A DNA stretch of 64,000 nucleotides from Gammaproteobacteria bacterium (GCA_026195255.1 JAPHSS010000005.1:32008-96007); one strand, 5' to 3'; shown: positions 33,752 through 44,743, counted from the first letter of the stretch. Made by a program: numbers and translations. The notes: generated by a model not told the origin, from the letters alone.

Positions 33752-34708
33752 CTATTTTTCTGAATATTTAGAAGCATAAGCATTTTCTAACTTAACAATC
33801 GAGCTTAAAAAATTCTCATCAAACGTCATCCCAGAGGTGAGTAATAAATTCAATTCAGATCTCGCATTATATAAAATTAATTTTAATACCTCCATATAAG
33901 CATCTGACAAATTCATTTTCTTCAAACTTTCATTTAAATTACTTTCAAAACCCAGATATAATTCTGATATATTAATTGCCTGATCATCAAAACTATCGCG
34001 CATGGTTTCAAAAGCTAAATGAGTTTTCTTAAACACATTGTAAATATTTCTATTCAATATATCTAACTCAGCCGATTTAGATAAAGAGTCAATTCTGAGG
34101 TTTGCACCAACACAAACTATTTTTAGATACTTCTCTAACTGCAAACTTTTTACCTCATCTGATACTGGCATATTATTTGCGAATAAAACTATATTATCCA
34201 TGTAAAATATTATGAAATCTTTATCCTTGATAAAACTGGACTCACCATTAAATTGAGATATAATTTTTACAGCCTCTTCCTGGTTATCTGGGTCCAATGA
34301 ATGAACTTTTGATTCTTTATCGGTCGTGATTTTAACCGTGACATTTAAATCTAAGTTTTCAACCGAATGAAAAATTGAAGCTACTACATCGCGATATACA
34401 TCTGCGAGCAAGTTATCTTCGAAAAAGCTAAGCAAGCCATCGTTTAAATCTGCACCTCGATCAACACTATCAGCAAAAGTATCTGGTAAACCGCTTATTC
34501 TGGTTTTTAACTTCTCAAGCTGGATTTGTTCTTCAAATAATTTAACTTTTTCTTTAGCTTCTATTAGTTGCATATTCAGTGAAAAGAAATTCTTTTTAAA
34601 GACTTCCAGATTTACAACTCTTTCTTTAAGATACTTAATCTCATGATGTGATTTACCTTCTTTGGTAAAACAAAACTCATCATTCGACTCTGTAGACTCA
34701 TCGCCCAT
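33752..34708 (-). CDS. Hypothetical protein with N-terminal coiled-coil
   Basis: ORF only. No confident domain assignment. Confidence 0.4.
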   Translation of the reverse strand: MGDESTESNDEFCFTKEGKSHHEIKYLKERVVNLEVFKKNFFSLNMQLIEAKEKVKLFEEQIQLEKLKTRISGLPDTFADSVDRGADLNDGLLSFFEDNLLADVYRDVVASIFHSVENLDLNVTVKITTDKESKVHSLDPDNQEEAVKIISQFNGESSFIKDKDFIIFYMDNIVLFANNMPVSDEVKSLQLEKYLKIVCVGANLRIDSLSKSAELDILNRNIYNVFKKTHLAFETMRDSFDDQAINISELYLGFESNLNESLKKMNLSDAYMEVLKLILYNARSELNLLLTSGMTFDENFLSSIVKLENAYASKYSEK

Positions 34709-35534
34709 AATAATACCCAGACCATTAGAAAATCATAATATGCATTATGTAATATATAGTATATAAAACAAGGTTTTACACAAAATAGCCTATAAAATCA
34801 TATATTATTTATGCGATTGACACATATAAACCCGCCGTATCACGTAATTACTAAAAATTAAGCAAAAACCAGCCATTCCAACTAACTCTGGGCTTTTTCA
34901 GCTGTTTTTTAGCACTCTTATAATAATGATCACTTATTACACTAGTTCGAGCCTGCTAGCGTAATGATATTGGACATATCTATAGAAATACTGATTTTTA
35001 ATTAAAAACACTAGTTTAAATATGTGATCTATCTCAAGTTTTACCCGCGAATCACTTATAAAAGTGTGATGCAAACACACTTTAACCTTTAACAAATGTC
35101 TATAATCAGTTAACAAACAAGCATTAACAGCGGTAAATAATTATGGTAACAGCAAAAAAGATCAACCCTATTACTAACACACCTAAAGCTTCTTCTAGAC
35201 TTAGCCGTCTATTGCTCGACGCTAATTATAAACACAGTCACTCAGCTCGTAATAAGAAACCAGTAGAGAAAGTAAACTTTTCTCGTATTGAAGCAGAGTT
35301 TCAGATGGAAAAATTATTCATGTGTATGTATTAGGAAGGAGGATTAGGGGTAAAATTTCGGTTTTGCCCTTTAAATTAGGCTAAAGCATGATTATAGGAA
35401 TTTAAAAACACCTACTCCCCTCATGCTGTAAGCACCACTCGAAGAAACATATATAATGACAGTATCTATATCTGAATACTTCTTTTCGTATTAACTTACT
35501 CTACTCTACAAATCCCACTTTAAAGCAAACATAT

Positions 35535-36401
35535 TTAACATAACGTCATGCCTGCTATAGCAGGAATCCTGTCTGCTGAAACCGGTCTACATACCAGGTT
35601 TCCCTGTATTAAGTCACATTGACTTGTTAATAAAATATTTCGTTGTTTTACTGTTTCAACTCCCTCAGCTAGAACTTCCATTTTTAGTTTTTTACTCATT
35701 TCAATAATGGTTTCAGTTATGACCGTATTAGCAGAATTTACGCCAAGTAAATTTATAAAACTCCTATCAATTTTAATCATATCAAAAGGCATTGAAGCTA
35801 AATAACTTAATGATGAATAACCAGTTCCAAAGTCATCCATGGCCGTTCTAATACCCAGTTCTTTAAATTCATTTAAAACTCGAATAACTTTAGCTTGATC
35901 TTTAATCAGGCATGACTCAGTCAGTTCAATTTCAAGCGAACTTTTATCTATGTCATATTTACTAATGCAAGACCCAACAAAATCAACAATTTGCTTATTA
36001 TGCACCTGCATATATGAAACATTAACCGCTATACGTATACCACTGCTATATTGTTTTTTCCATAATGAAGCCTGTTTGCAGGCTTTATCGATAACCAGAT
36101 TCCCCAGTTCAGAAATCAAATTAAACTTTTCTGCTGCAGGAATAAAATATTCTGGAAATATCACACCGAATTCTGGTGAGTTCCAACGTAACAGGGCTTC
36201 AACACCTATAACACGTTGCCCCATAATTTCGATCTGGGGTTGATAAACAAGCTCAAACTCATCATATGAGATGGCATTTAACAACTGCTGTTTAAGATAA
36301 GGTTTATTATCTGACTTTAAAAACAGGTCTGTTATTCGCATTGTTTTAAAAGATCCTGGAAAACCCGTGAAATAATTCATTAGCATGTTTTCTGTTATCA
36401 T
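35535..36401 (-). CDS. Stand-alone EAL-domain c-di-GMP phosphodiesterase
   Basis: EAL-family motifs QPQ, LLRW, an EAL variant ELTES, and DDFGTGYSS. Confidence 0.8.
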   Translation of the reverse strand: MITENMLMNYFTGFPGSFKTMRITDLFLKSDNKPYLKQQLLNAISYDEFELVYQPQIEIMGQRVIGVEALLRWNSPEFGVIFPEYFIPAAEKFNLISELGNLVIDKACKQASLWKKQYSSGIRIAVNVSYMQVHNKQIVDFVGSCISKYDIDKSSLEIELTESCLIKDQAKVIRVLNEFKELGIRTAMDDFGTGYSSLSYLASMPFDMIKIDRSFINLLGVNSANTVITETIIEMSKKLKMEVLAEGVETVKQRNILLTSQCDLIQGNLVCRPVSADRIPAIAGMTLC

Positions 36402-36796
36402 TTTATTGTCCTTAGTAGCAATTTAATAATATTATAAGTGAAATTTGACTTGCCACTAGAGCCACTCAGAACTATTAACATTGTTTAACAATTCATGCAT
36501 ATTTATTACTGTTAGTCACATGAAAGCAACTTATCCAGCTATTCCTGGACAAATGATATTTTAAAAATATTATTTTAACTTATTGATTTTTATGTATTTA
36601 AATTAACCCTGACCTTTCTAGACTTTTTAATAGAATCATTTGTTAACATTTTTAAAAATATCACCGACTATATAAAATATACGACTAAATAATGAAATAA
36701 CTATTATTTCAGGGATTATCCGATGCTGATCTTATAGACAGCAAAGCAGATTTCTCTATAATTCTGTATTACAAACTTAAAAGAGTATTTATTGTC

Positions 36797-37489
36797 TTGT
36801 CACTAGAAGTCGCTATATTAGAAGATGAACTTGCACAATCTCAGTTAATTGAATCCTGGTTGTTGCCTGAAAACTATATCTGTCATACCTATGCAACAGG
36901 TCAATCTTTGCTTGATGCATTAAATTCTAACACCTATAACCTTCTGCTAATTGACTGGGAGTTACCAGATATAAATGGCCCTGAAGTTATGCAAACTGTG
37001 CGTAATAAAATGAAAATTGATACACCCATCATATTTATTACCAGTCGTGATAGTGAAGAAGACATAGTTAACGCTTTAAACTCTGGCGCTGACGACTATC
37101 TTGTAAAACCAGTACGTCAATTTGAATTTCTGGCGAGAGTTCGAGCCAACACTAAACGCACTCGAAACTCTACCTCAGAGTCAACACAGCTCACTCACTC
37201 ACCATATGTATTTAAGCCAGACAATCAGCAGGTTTTTATAAATACAGATGTAGTCGAATTATCTAGCAAGGAGTTTGAACTCGCTTTTTATATTTTTAAA
37301 AATCAAGGCAAGTTACTGGATAGAAAAGATATACTATCAACTGTATGGCAACAGGAAGCAGATCTTAATACACGAACAGTAGACACTCATATGTCTATAA
37401 TTCGTAAAAAGTTAAACATTGGCCCTGAAAACGGCTGGCGCTTAAAAAGCATATATGGACACGGTTACAGGTTAGAAAAACTAGACTAA
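36797..37489 (+). CDS. OmpR/PhoB-family response regulator (REC + winged helix)
   Basis: Receiver domain (LLLIDWELPDING) and a C-terminal trans_reg_C pattern. Confidence 0.8.
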   Translation: MSLEVAILEDELAQSQLIESWLLPENYICHTYATGQSLLDALNSNTYNLLLIDWELPDINGPEVMQTVRNKMKIDTPIIFITSRDSEEDIVNALNSGADDYLVKPVRQFEFLARVRANTKRTRNSTSESTQLTHSPYVFKPDNQQVFINTDVVELSSKEFELAFYIFKNQGKLLDRKDILSTVWQQEADLNTRTVDTHMSIIRKKLNIGPENGWRLKSIYGHGYRLEKLD

Positions 37490-37530
37490 TAGCCTCTTAA
37501 GTAACAACTAAATGAAGATATATATACATT

Positions 37531-38943
37531 ATGAATATAATTCCTAAAGTTCTGCACATTTTAAACTTACATCCTGCTTCTTTAAAAAAAGTATGTTTAA
37601 ACCTGGCACTCATCTTCTCACTGTTATCACCTTCAATATCAACTGCCGATGAATGGACATACACTACTCGCCCTAATGATACTATCTGGGATATCAGCAA
37701 GAAATATTTGAAAAGCGTAAACTACTGGAAAAAACTTCAGGCTCACAATTCTGTTGATATTGCAAAGCGTTTATCACCCGGAACAAAATTACGCATCCCC
37801 GTTGAATGGTTAAAGATTCAGGCAGCAGCTGCATTAGTTTTAAGTGTAACGGGAAAAGTAAATCTACAAACGTTTAATAACAAAACCCTTCAAGCCCTCA
37901 ACACTAAACAACTTATTAACATTGGCGACACGATTATCACTGGTGATAATGGTAGTGCCCTTATCCAGTTTGCAGATAATTCAAGTTTACTGGTGCAAAA
38001 GAACAGCCAGGTAGTATTTAATACCTTAAGCGTCTATGGTCAATCAGGCATGGTTGATACTCAAGTTCGCTTACAACAAGGTCGCGTTGAAACAGCTGTT
38101 AAGCCTTTAAAAGACTCAATTTCTCGTTTCGAAATAACTACTCCTGCTGCAGTAGCGGCAGTCCGAGGCACAGCATTTCGGGTTGCTTATGAAGAAACGC
38201 AGGAGACCATGGCAAGTGAAGTAGTAAAAGGCTCTATCAATCTCGCTGCGCAGGGTAGTAAGTTACCTATAAATAAAGGCTTTGGCTCTATTACAGAAAA
38301 GGGTAATCCACCTCAAGCTCCCGTAAAATTATTAGACAAACCAACTTTATCCAAGCTGCCTGAGAAGATTAGACATTTACCGTTTAGCTTTAAATGGTCG
38401 CCACTGGATGGCGCTATAAATTATCGTATTCAGATATCTCCAGCAGAACAAAGTAATTCTTTAGTACTTGAAGGCACACAGGCCACAAATCAATACAATC
38501 TTAAAGAATTAAATGATGGCGAATACCTGATGCGAGTTCGTGGTATAGATAAGAACAGACTTGAAGGTTTTAATGCCGAACACAAATTCACGCTTAATAC
38601 CAACTTCCCTGTTGTTACACTTATTCAACCTGCCGACAAAAGCGAAATATCAACTGAGAACATTGATTTAAAATGGAGTAAGGAAGAAGAAGTTTCACAA
38701 TACCGTGTACAGGTTTCAACGAATATTGATTTTAGTAAAACAATACTCGACGAATTAATTAAAGATAATAGTATATCAATTACTGAAGAACTAACTGAAA
38801 ACACATACTTCTGGCGTGTTATTGCAGTAGATGAGTTAGGAAATACTGGCAAACCCTCAGAAATCAACAAATTCGAAGTCTCTGGGAACCCTTACGAAGC
38901 GTTACTAATATTACTGTATTTATTACCTGCTTTTCTTATATAA
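37531..38943 (+). CDS. LysM- and FecR-domain protein with C-terminal Ig/FN3-like repeats and a C-terminal TM anchor
   Basis: LysM-like segment TYTTRPNDTIWDISKKY...LSPGTKLRIP. FecR-like core ending AVRGTAFRV. Confidence 0.6.
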   Translation: MNIIPKVLHILNLHPASLKKVCLNLALIFSLLSPSISTADEWTYTTRPNDTIWDISKKYLKSVNYWKKLQAHNSVDIAKRLSPGTKLRIPVEWLKIQAAAALVLSVTGKVNLQTFNNKTLQALNTKQLINIGDTIITGDNGSALIQFADNSSLLVQKNSQVVFNTLSVYGQSGMVDTQVRLQQGRVETAVKPLKDSISRFEITTPAAVAAVRGTAFRVAYEETQETMASEVVKGSINLAAQGSKLPINKGFGSITEKGNPPQAPVKLLDKPTLSKLPEKIRHLPFSFKWSPLDGAINYRIQISPAEQSNSLVLEGTQATNQYNLKELNDGEYLMRVRGIDKNRLEGFNAEHKFTLNTNFPVVTLIQPADKSEISTENIDLKWSKEEEVSQYRVQVSTNIDFSKTILDELIKDNSISITEELTENTYFWRVIAVDELGNTGKPSEINKFEVSGNPYEALLILLYLLPAFLI

Positions 38944-38983
38944 AACTATCGACATAAATTAACTCAATGCTAATTCACTGCGT

Positions 38984-41626
38984 ATGACAACATCAACAGC
39001 ATATTCTGCACGCGCTGAGTCTATCAAACTTGGTTTATTATTAGGTTGCCTATGTCTTGCTATTATATATGGCGACTGGACCTGGCGTTGGGATAGACTC
39101 ATTTACGATGCTCAATCGAGTCTTATACGTCAGCAAGCAAGTGATGATATTGTCATAATTGCGATTGATGAAAAAAGCCTTACTTCTATTGGGCGATGGC
39201 CATGGCCTAGAAGTATTCACGCTGAACTTATAAACAAACTGACAGAATATCAGGCAAAAGCCATCCTCGTTGATGTTATTTTTGCTGAACCCTCTTTCGA
39301 TAAAAAAAATGATGAACTATTAGCTATTGCAATTAAAAATAATGGCACAGTTAACCTCCCCGTACTGCTTGAACAAAATCGACTGCAAGGCCAACTACTT
39401 GAAACATTGCCTCTACCGATATTGACACAAGCTAACGCAAAACTGGGTCATGTACACATAGAACTTGATCCAGATGGTATTGCTCGTGGAGCTTACTTAT
39501 ATGAAGGACTTGGTGAAGCGCATTGGCCTCATATAGGGCTTTCAGTTTTGAGTATGTTAAACGAAGTACCTGAAGAATTACTCAACATCAAGAATGAAAA
39601 TACAACCACAGATACTTCTCCGTGGACATGGGTGCGTAAGAATCATTTTTTAATACCCTATATTGGCCCCATAGGAAGTTTTAAAACAACCTCGTATATT
39701 AATGTTCTTAACAACCATGTTTCTGCTGATTCATTTAAAGACAAAATAGTTTTGATTGGTGTCACAGCCGCAGGACTCGGCGACTCTCTGCCAACACCCG
39801 TCTCAGGTTTAACTCGCGCAATGCCTGGAATAGAAATAAACGCAAACATTATTCAGGCCATAAAATCTAATAGCCTCATCAAAACTATAACAGATGAGCT
39901 GCTTTACATAATTGCTGTAGCGCTTGTAATGTTACCCATTTTTATATTCCCCTATTTATCACCACGATTAACATTAATTTTTGTGATTGGTGAAATAACT
40001 TTACTTTTATTCTGCTCGCTACTGCTTTTACATGTTTTTCATATATGGATTCCACTCAGTGCAACTTTAATTTCATTACTATTGTCTTACCCTCTCTGGG
40101 CATGGCGCAGGCTAGAATATACCGTTAAATATCTAAACTACGAACTCGAAACATTATCGAAAGAAGCTCATGAACTAGAACGTTATGTTGCGCAGAATAC
40201 GGATCAATCATTTGAATCACTGCAAAGCCTCATCCCAATCACAAGTCTGAGTATATACTCTAAAACTAATGAACTTATCTTTAAGCAAGGTGATTCATGT
40301 AGCACTAAAAACTCGCTTCCATTATATGAAAACAAGTGGGCACATATTTCTGCTAACATCTATGCAACCAGGCTGTTAATTGAGAAAAACACACATAAAG
40401 CATACATCTCCTGGAATTTAAACACTCCACCAAATGAATCACAAAGTAAAATTATAAAAACATATATTCGCCAGCAGGTGAAACCAAAGATACAGCACGC
40501 AAACACAACAGTAGAGATCATTGAATCTCGCATTCACGACATTCAGACAACAACTGACAAACTAGCAAACCTTCGACATTTTATAACTGATAGTCTGGAA
40601 CAGATGGCCGATGGTGTAATTGTTATTGATAGTCTTGGCATTATTACTCTGGCAAATCACCAGGCAATAAAACAAATAAGTGGACATGATGGAGCGCCGT
40701 TACTTCACCAACCTATACAACCCGTACTAGAACGTTTAATATTAACGACAGGTGAATCATGGAGTGCAATTATAAGTGAGCTCCTGTCAAAAAAACATTA
40801 TGAAAATCTTCAGGTCCGTACACATAAAAACAAAGATCTCGTTGTAAACATCAGCCCTTTGTATAATGCAACGGCAACAGTTATCGGATTTATCATTAAT
40901 CTGTCTGACATAACTGAAATAAAAGATGCACAACGTAGACGCAATGAAATGCTGAGTTTCTTATCACACGATTTAAGATCTCCACTGGTTTCTGTATTAG
41001 CTATAATTGAGAAAAATAAAAGCAATCATCCAGATACCTCTTTAAATAATCGCATTGAAAAAAATATTAATCAGACTATACAGCTCGCAGAAGATTTTGT
41101 GCATTTAGCACGAGTTGAGAGTAATGAAGATATAAAATTCAATACAGTAAACATGTCAGATATAATAGCTAATGCTGTTGACACTGTATGGGACCAGGCA
41201 AAACTTAAAAACATACAGCTTATTCAGAATACCACTGACAGCGAATGGATACACGGTAACGGCTCCATTTTGGAACGTGTTTTAGTCAACCTTTTAACAA
41301 ATGCTATTAAATACAGTCATAAGGAATGTACCGTCACAGTCAAACTAACAAAAAACGAGTCAGTGATTACATGCTGCGTAGAAGACAACGGCCCAGGCAT
41401 AAATAAAGAAGACCTAACATCATTATTTGATCGTTTTCAAAGAGCTCACCAGCAAAGCAGGAAACAATCCAGTTCCACTCTGGGCATAGAACCTGGGCTT
41501 GGACTTGGGCTTGCATTTGTACATGCCGCTATAACAAAACATAATGGGTCTGTCACCGTAGACAGCGAACTCGGTAAGGGCTCTCGCTTTTGCATTCAAC
41601 TTCCTGAAGATTTAGACGCTCATTAA
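38984..41626 (+). CDS. CHASE2-domain sensor histidine kinase (CHASE2-TM-PAS-HisKA-HATPase)
   Basis: CHASE2 signature IDEKSL...GRWPWPR. H-box LSHDLRSPL. G-box GLGLGLA. Confidence 0.8.
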   Translation: MTTSTAYSARAESIKLGLLLGCLCLAIIYGDWTWRWDRLIYDAQSSLIRQQASDDIVIIAIDEKSLTSIGRWPWPRSIHAELINKLTEYQAKAILVDVIFAEPSFDKKNDELLAIAIKNNGTVNLPVLLEQNRLQGQLLETLPLPILTQANAKLGHVHIELDPDGIARGAYLYEGLGEAHWPHIGLSVLSMLNEVPEELLNIKNENTTTDTSPWTWVRKNHFLIPYIGPIGSFKTTSYINVLNNHVSADSFKDKIVLIGVTAAGLGDSLPTPVSGLTRAMPGIEINANIIQAIKSNSLIKTITDELLYIIAVALVMLPIFIFPYLSPRLTLIFVIGEITLLLFCSLLLLHVFHIWIPLSATLISLLLSYPLWAWRRLEYTVKYLNYELETLSKEAHELERYVAQNTDQSFESLQSLIPITSLSIYSKTNELIFKQGDSCSTKNSLPLYENKWAHISANIYATRLLIEKNTHKAYISWNLNTPPNESQSKIIKTYIRQQVKPKIQHANTTVEIIESRIHDIQTTTDKLANLRHFITDSLEQMADGVIVIDSLGIITLANHQAIKQISGHDGAPLLHQPIQPVLERLILTTGESWSAIISELLSKKHYENLQVRTHKNKDLVVNISPLYNATATVIGFIINLSDITEIKDAQRRRNEMLSFLSHDLRSPLVSVLAIIEKNKSNHPDTSLNNRIEKNINQTIQLAEDFVHLARVESNEDIKFNTVNMSDIIANAVDTVWDQAKLKNIQLIQNTTDSEWIHGNGSILERVLVNLLTNAIKYSHKECTVTVKLTKNESVITCCVEDNGPGINKEDLTSLFDRFQRAHQQSRKQSSSTLGIEPGLGLGLAFVHAAITKHNGSVTVDSELGKGSRFCIQLPEDLDAH

Positions 41627-41628
41627 AA

Positions 41629-41674
41629 AAGCCATGTTTAGTTCAATATCATGATATTGAACTAAACATGGCTT
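41629..41674. terminator. 46-nt perfect palindrome (23-bp stem); probable terminator for the minus-strand DUF481 gene (U-run on minus strand)
   Basis: AAGCCATGTTTAGTTCAATATCATGATATTGAACTAAACATGGCTT, preceded by TTAAAAAA. Confidence 0.6.
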
Positions 41675-41691
41675 AATTAAAAACAACTAGC

Positions 41692-42405
41692 CTAGAAATT
41701 ATAGACTAAAGTAATGGCTGTTTCTGTATCTGTCTCTTCGACACCAACAGGCACTTCAGATGTATTCTTATAAGTAAAAGTAATTTTCATTGAAAGGTTT
41801 CCCTCAATCTGGCTTGCCAGACTTGTAACAGATTTTGTTACAGTTACATCTTCACCCGCTTCAACTGTTAACGCTTCACTGAACTTACTGGTTTTACTAA
41901 TAGTCCAGTCAAATGTCGCAGCTGCTCGTAAAATACCTTCGCTGTCAGTTTCTCCTGAATCAAGCTTAGATTGACGTGCACCTGGACCAACTTCAAGATC
42001 CAGAGTCATATCTGTCTCTTCTATCACACGTCGACCATAACCAATAGCTTCAGTTGCACGGTAATCATAACCACTGAACTTATCATCATCATAAGTTATA
42101 ACGCCAAACAAGAAGTTTTTACCTTCAAGTTTATAGTCGCTTTTACCCATTAAAGTATACTTTTCAGCTGTAGTACTAATGTCATCTGATGATTTTAGTG
42201 CTGTAATTTCAGCTTTATGACGCCATTGTGTACGGTCTGTTGATACATTCGCTTTTGCATTCAATGTTTCTGTTTCTGTATTACCACTAGTCATTACAAA
42301 GCCCAGTTCAGCAGATGCTTTCCATAAACTCTTTGGGGCTTCTTCAGCAACCGCATTACCTGTTACTAGCAATGCAGCTGTTAAAATTGAATATGTTTTT
42401 TTCAT
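41692..42405 (-). CDS. DUF481/YdiY-like outer-membrane beta-barrel protein
   Basis: Signal peptide, alternating beta-strand pattern, and a C-terminal Phe. Confidence 0.65.
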   Translation of the reverse strand: MKKTYSILTAALLVTGNAVAEEAPKSLWKASAELGFVMTSGNTETETLNAKANVSTDRTQWRHKAEITALKSSDDISTTAEKYTLMGKSDYKLEGKNFLFGVITYDDDKFSGYDYRATEAIGYGRRVIEETDMTLDLEVGPGARQSKLDSGETDSEGILRAAATFDWTISKTSKFSEALTVEAGEDVTVTKSVTSLASQIEGNLSMKITFTYKNTSEVPVGVEETDTETAITLVYNF

Positions 42406-42442
42406 GTTTATCTCCTAATAAAATATAGTACAGCAGCTTAAA

Positions 42443-43279
42443 TTAAGCCGCTTTTTCTGCTGTGTTCGTTATCATGTGCACATCACGCTGTGGATACGGA
42501 ATTGAAATACCCTGCTCATCAAACGTTTCTTTAATTGTTTGCAACAAGTCTGCACGAACAGGCCAGTAATCTCCCGTTTTAACCCAGGGTCTAACGGCGA
42601 TATTAATACTACTGTCGCCAAGCTCTAGAACCATAATCGTTGGGGCTGGATCAGTTAGAATTAATGAATTCTGTGCAATTATGCCTTCGATAAGTTGTTT
42701 AGCTTTGCCAATATTATCGTCGTAACCAATACCTATTACAAGATCTACTCTACGAGTATCACGTTTGGACATATTAATAATTGAATCACCATAAATATGA
42801 CTATTTGGTATAATGATTTCCTGATTATCACCGGTACGCATAACCGTATTAAATATTTGGATAACTTCAACCACGCCTGTCGAACCACCCGCTGTAATAA
42901 GATCACCTAACTTGAATGGTTTAAACATAATTAACATTACACCTGCAGAAAAGTTCGATAGTGAATCTTTTAATGCTAAACCAACAGCTAAACCGGCAGC
43001 TGCGAAGATAGCCATAATAGACGTTGTATCTACTCCTAACTGTTCTATCGCTGCAATTATTATGAATATTGTTAATACCGCTCCAATAATATTTCCAACA
43101 AATTTACGTAATGATTCATCAACCCTGGATTTTTCCATGAGCTTAACTACACTCTTGACAACCAATTTGGCCACAAAACGACCAATAACATATATTAAAA
43201 TTGCTGCAAAAATCTTTATAGACCAGGGGACAAGGTACTGACTAATTAAATGAGAATTCTCACTGAATAAATTTTCCAT
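42443..43279 (-). CDS. Small-conductance mechanosensitive channel (MscS family)
   Basis: Three N-terminal TM helices followed by the MscS beta domain. Confidence 0.8.
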   Translation of the reverse strand: MENLFSENSHLISQYLVPWSIKIFAAILIYVIGRFVAKLVVKSVVKLMEKSRVDESLRKFVGNIIGAVLTIFIIIAAIEQLGVDTTSIMAIFAAAGLAVGLALKDSLSNFSAGVMLIMFKPFKLGDLITAGGSTGVVEVIQIFNTVMRTGDNQEIIIPNSHIYGDSIINMSKRDTRRVDLVIGIGYDDNIGKAKQLIEGIIAQNSLILTDPAPTIMVLELGDSSINIAVRPWVKTGDYWPVRADLLQTIKETFDEQGISIPYPQRDVHMITNTAEKAA

Positions 43280-43413
43280 TTTTCTTCCTCTTATTTCATT
43301 TTTAGATACTGCTTTGTAAAAAAACCGGCTGAATACCTAAAAACAATGACATTCAGCCTGGTTAGATCTGTTTTAATTGTAGCAAGGGCTGTTGCCCTTG
43401 CTATAAAAGAACA

Positions 43414-44601
43414 TTAATTAAGTAGATGTATTTCAACTCTACGATTATTCGACCTACCTTCTACTGTTTCGTTATTATCAACAGGGTTATCATCTCCATA
43501 ACCTTTTGCATGCATCTGTTGTGCAGTTACGCCCTTTGAAACCAGGTAAGATTTTACACTTTCCGCACGTAATTTAGATAATTCATCATTAAACTTTGGG
43601 TTACCACGGTTATCTGTATATCCGGCAAGCTCAATTTCTAACTCTTTATTCTTATTGAGAACAATCGCAACATCATTAAGTATTTTCTTAGACTCCTCAG
43701 TTAATTGATCAGATGAGGTAAGAAAGCTGACTCCCTTCAAGACAAATGATTTCGACAGTTTACAGCCCTTCAAATCGACAATAACACCTGCTTCAGTTGA
43801 TTTACATTCATCCAGACTATCAACAACACCGTCATTATCACTATCTTTCTCTATAGCAACAAGCTTAGTCTGAGAGCTATCTTTTGATGTAGTAGCTAAT
43901 TCACAGCCATTTGAGTCAACAGATACACCTTTAGGCGTATTCGAACAGTTATCTCTAGCATCCATCACACCATCAGCGTCTATGTCGTTGAACTCAACTA
44001 CTGCAGCTACCTGTTTCATACTAGATGATTCGATTCTGTTAGATTGCTGCTTGCCTCCAAATGGAATGCTTAAACCCACATTAAACATAAAATCATTAAA
44101 CTCGTCTTCTGTTGAAATTGATTCATCATCCATATCCATTCTATATCTAATATCAGCTCTAAATTTCATACCGCTATCAGATACTTCCTGCATAATACCG
44201 ACTCCGATATTAATCATAGGGTTTGTAATATCATTAACACCCGTATCAGTTGACATCACACCAGCACCTATTATTGCGTATGTCTGCATAACAGTTCGAC
44301 GATCAAAGAAATACAGCCCATCCAGCATTAAACCGCGCTGTTTATATTCACCAGACAAAGTTTCAAACTCCAGATTATCAATAACTGCATTAACTTCCAG
44401 ATTCCAGTTATCATTAACTTGTTTACCGATGCCAAGCATTAATCCAATATCATCGTCAGACTGACGATCACTATCTGCTTTTATAAAAGATAACATTGGA
44501 GATACGTACCATGAATCAACCTCTTCTACTGCTTTTAGAGCCGTACTCTGCCCTGCGATTAATACAGATACAATTGACATACCTAGAATATTTTTCTTCA
44601 T
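43414..44601 (-). CDS. OmpA-family outer-membrane protein with thrombospondin type-3 calcium-binding repeats
   Basis: Signal peptide and N-terminal barrel. TSP3 repeats DIDADGVMDARDNC and DSDNDGVVDSLDEC. C-terminal OmpA-C domain (NRRVEI). Confidence 0.75.
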   Translation of the reverse strand: MKKNILGMSIVSVLIAGQSTALKAVEEVDSWYVSPMLSFIKADSDRQSDDDIGLMLGIGKQVNDNWNLEVNAVIDNLEFETLSGEYKQRGLMLDGLYFFDRRTVMQTYAIIGAGVMSTDTGVNDITNPMINIGVGIMQEVSDSGMKFRADIRYRMDMDDESISTEDEFNDFMFNVGLSIPFGGKQQSNRIESSSMKQVAAVVEFNDIDADGVMDARDNCSNTPKGVSVDSNGCELATTSKDSSQTKLVAIEKDSDNDGVVDSLDECKSTEAGVIVDLKGCKLSKSFVLKGVSFLTSSDQLTEESKKILNDVAIVLNKNKELEIELAGYTDNRGNPKFNDELSKLRAESVKSYLVSKGVTAQQMHAKGYGDDNPVDNNETVEGRSNNRRVEIHLLN

Positions 44602-44708
44602 TTTAATTACAACCTATATATTTTTGTTAGTAACAAAACTCAACGTACATTTAAACTCGCGCAACTCTACTGATTACTAACAAATCAATCAATGGTTTCA
44701 CTATTCTC

Positions 44709-44727
44709 TTAACAATTGTTAACAATT
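44709..44727. repeat. Palindromic 19-mer TTAACAATTGTTAACAATT (copy 1)
   Basis: Identical to the copy at 45068-45086. Contains the 14-bp perfect palindrome TTAACAATTGTTAA. Confidence 0.7.
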
Positions 44728-44743
44728 AGAATGACAGCAACTG

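Noticed and set aside
35143-35334. 63-aa ORF upstream of the EAL gene
   Set aside because: No RBS or motif. It lies in an AT-rich leader. It might be real, but it is unsupported.
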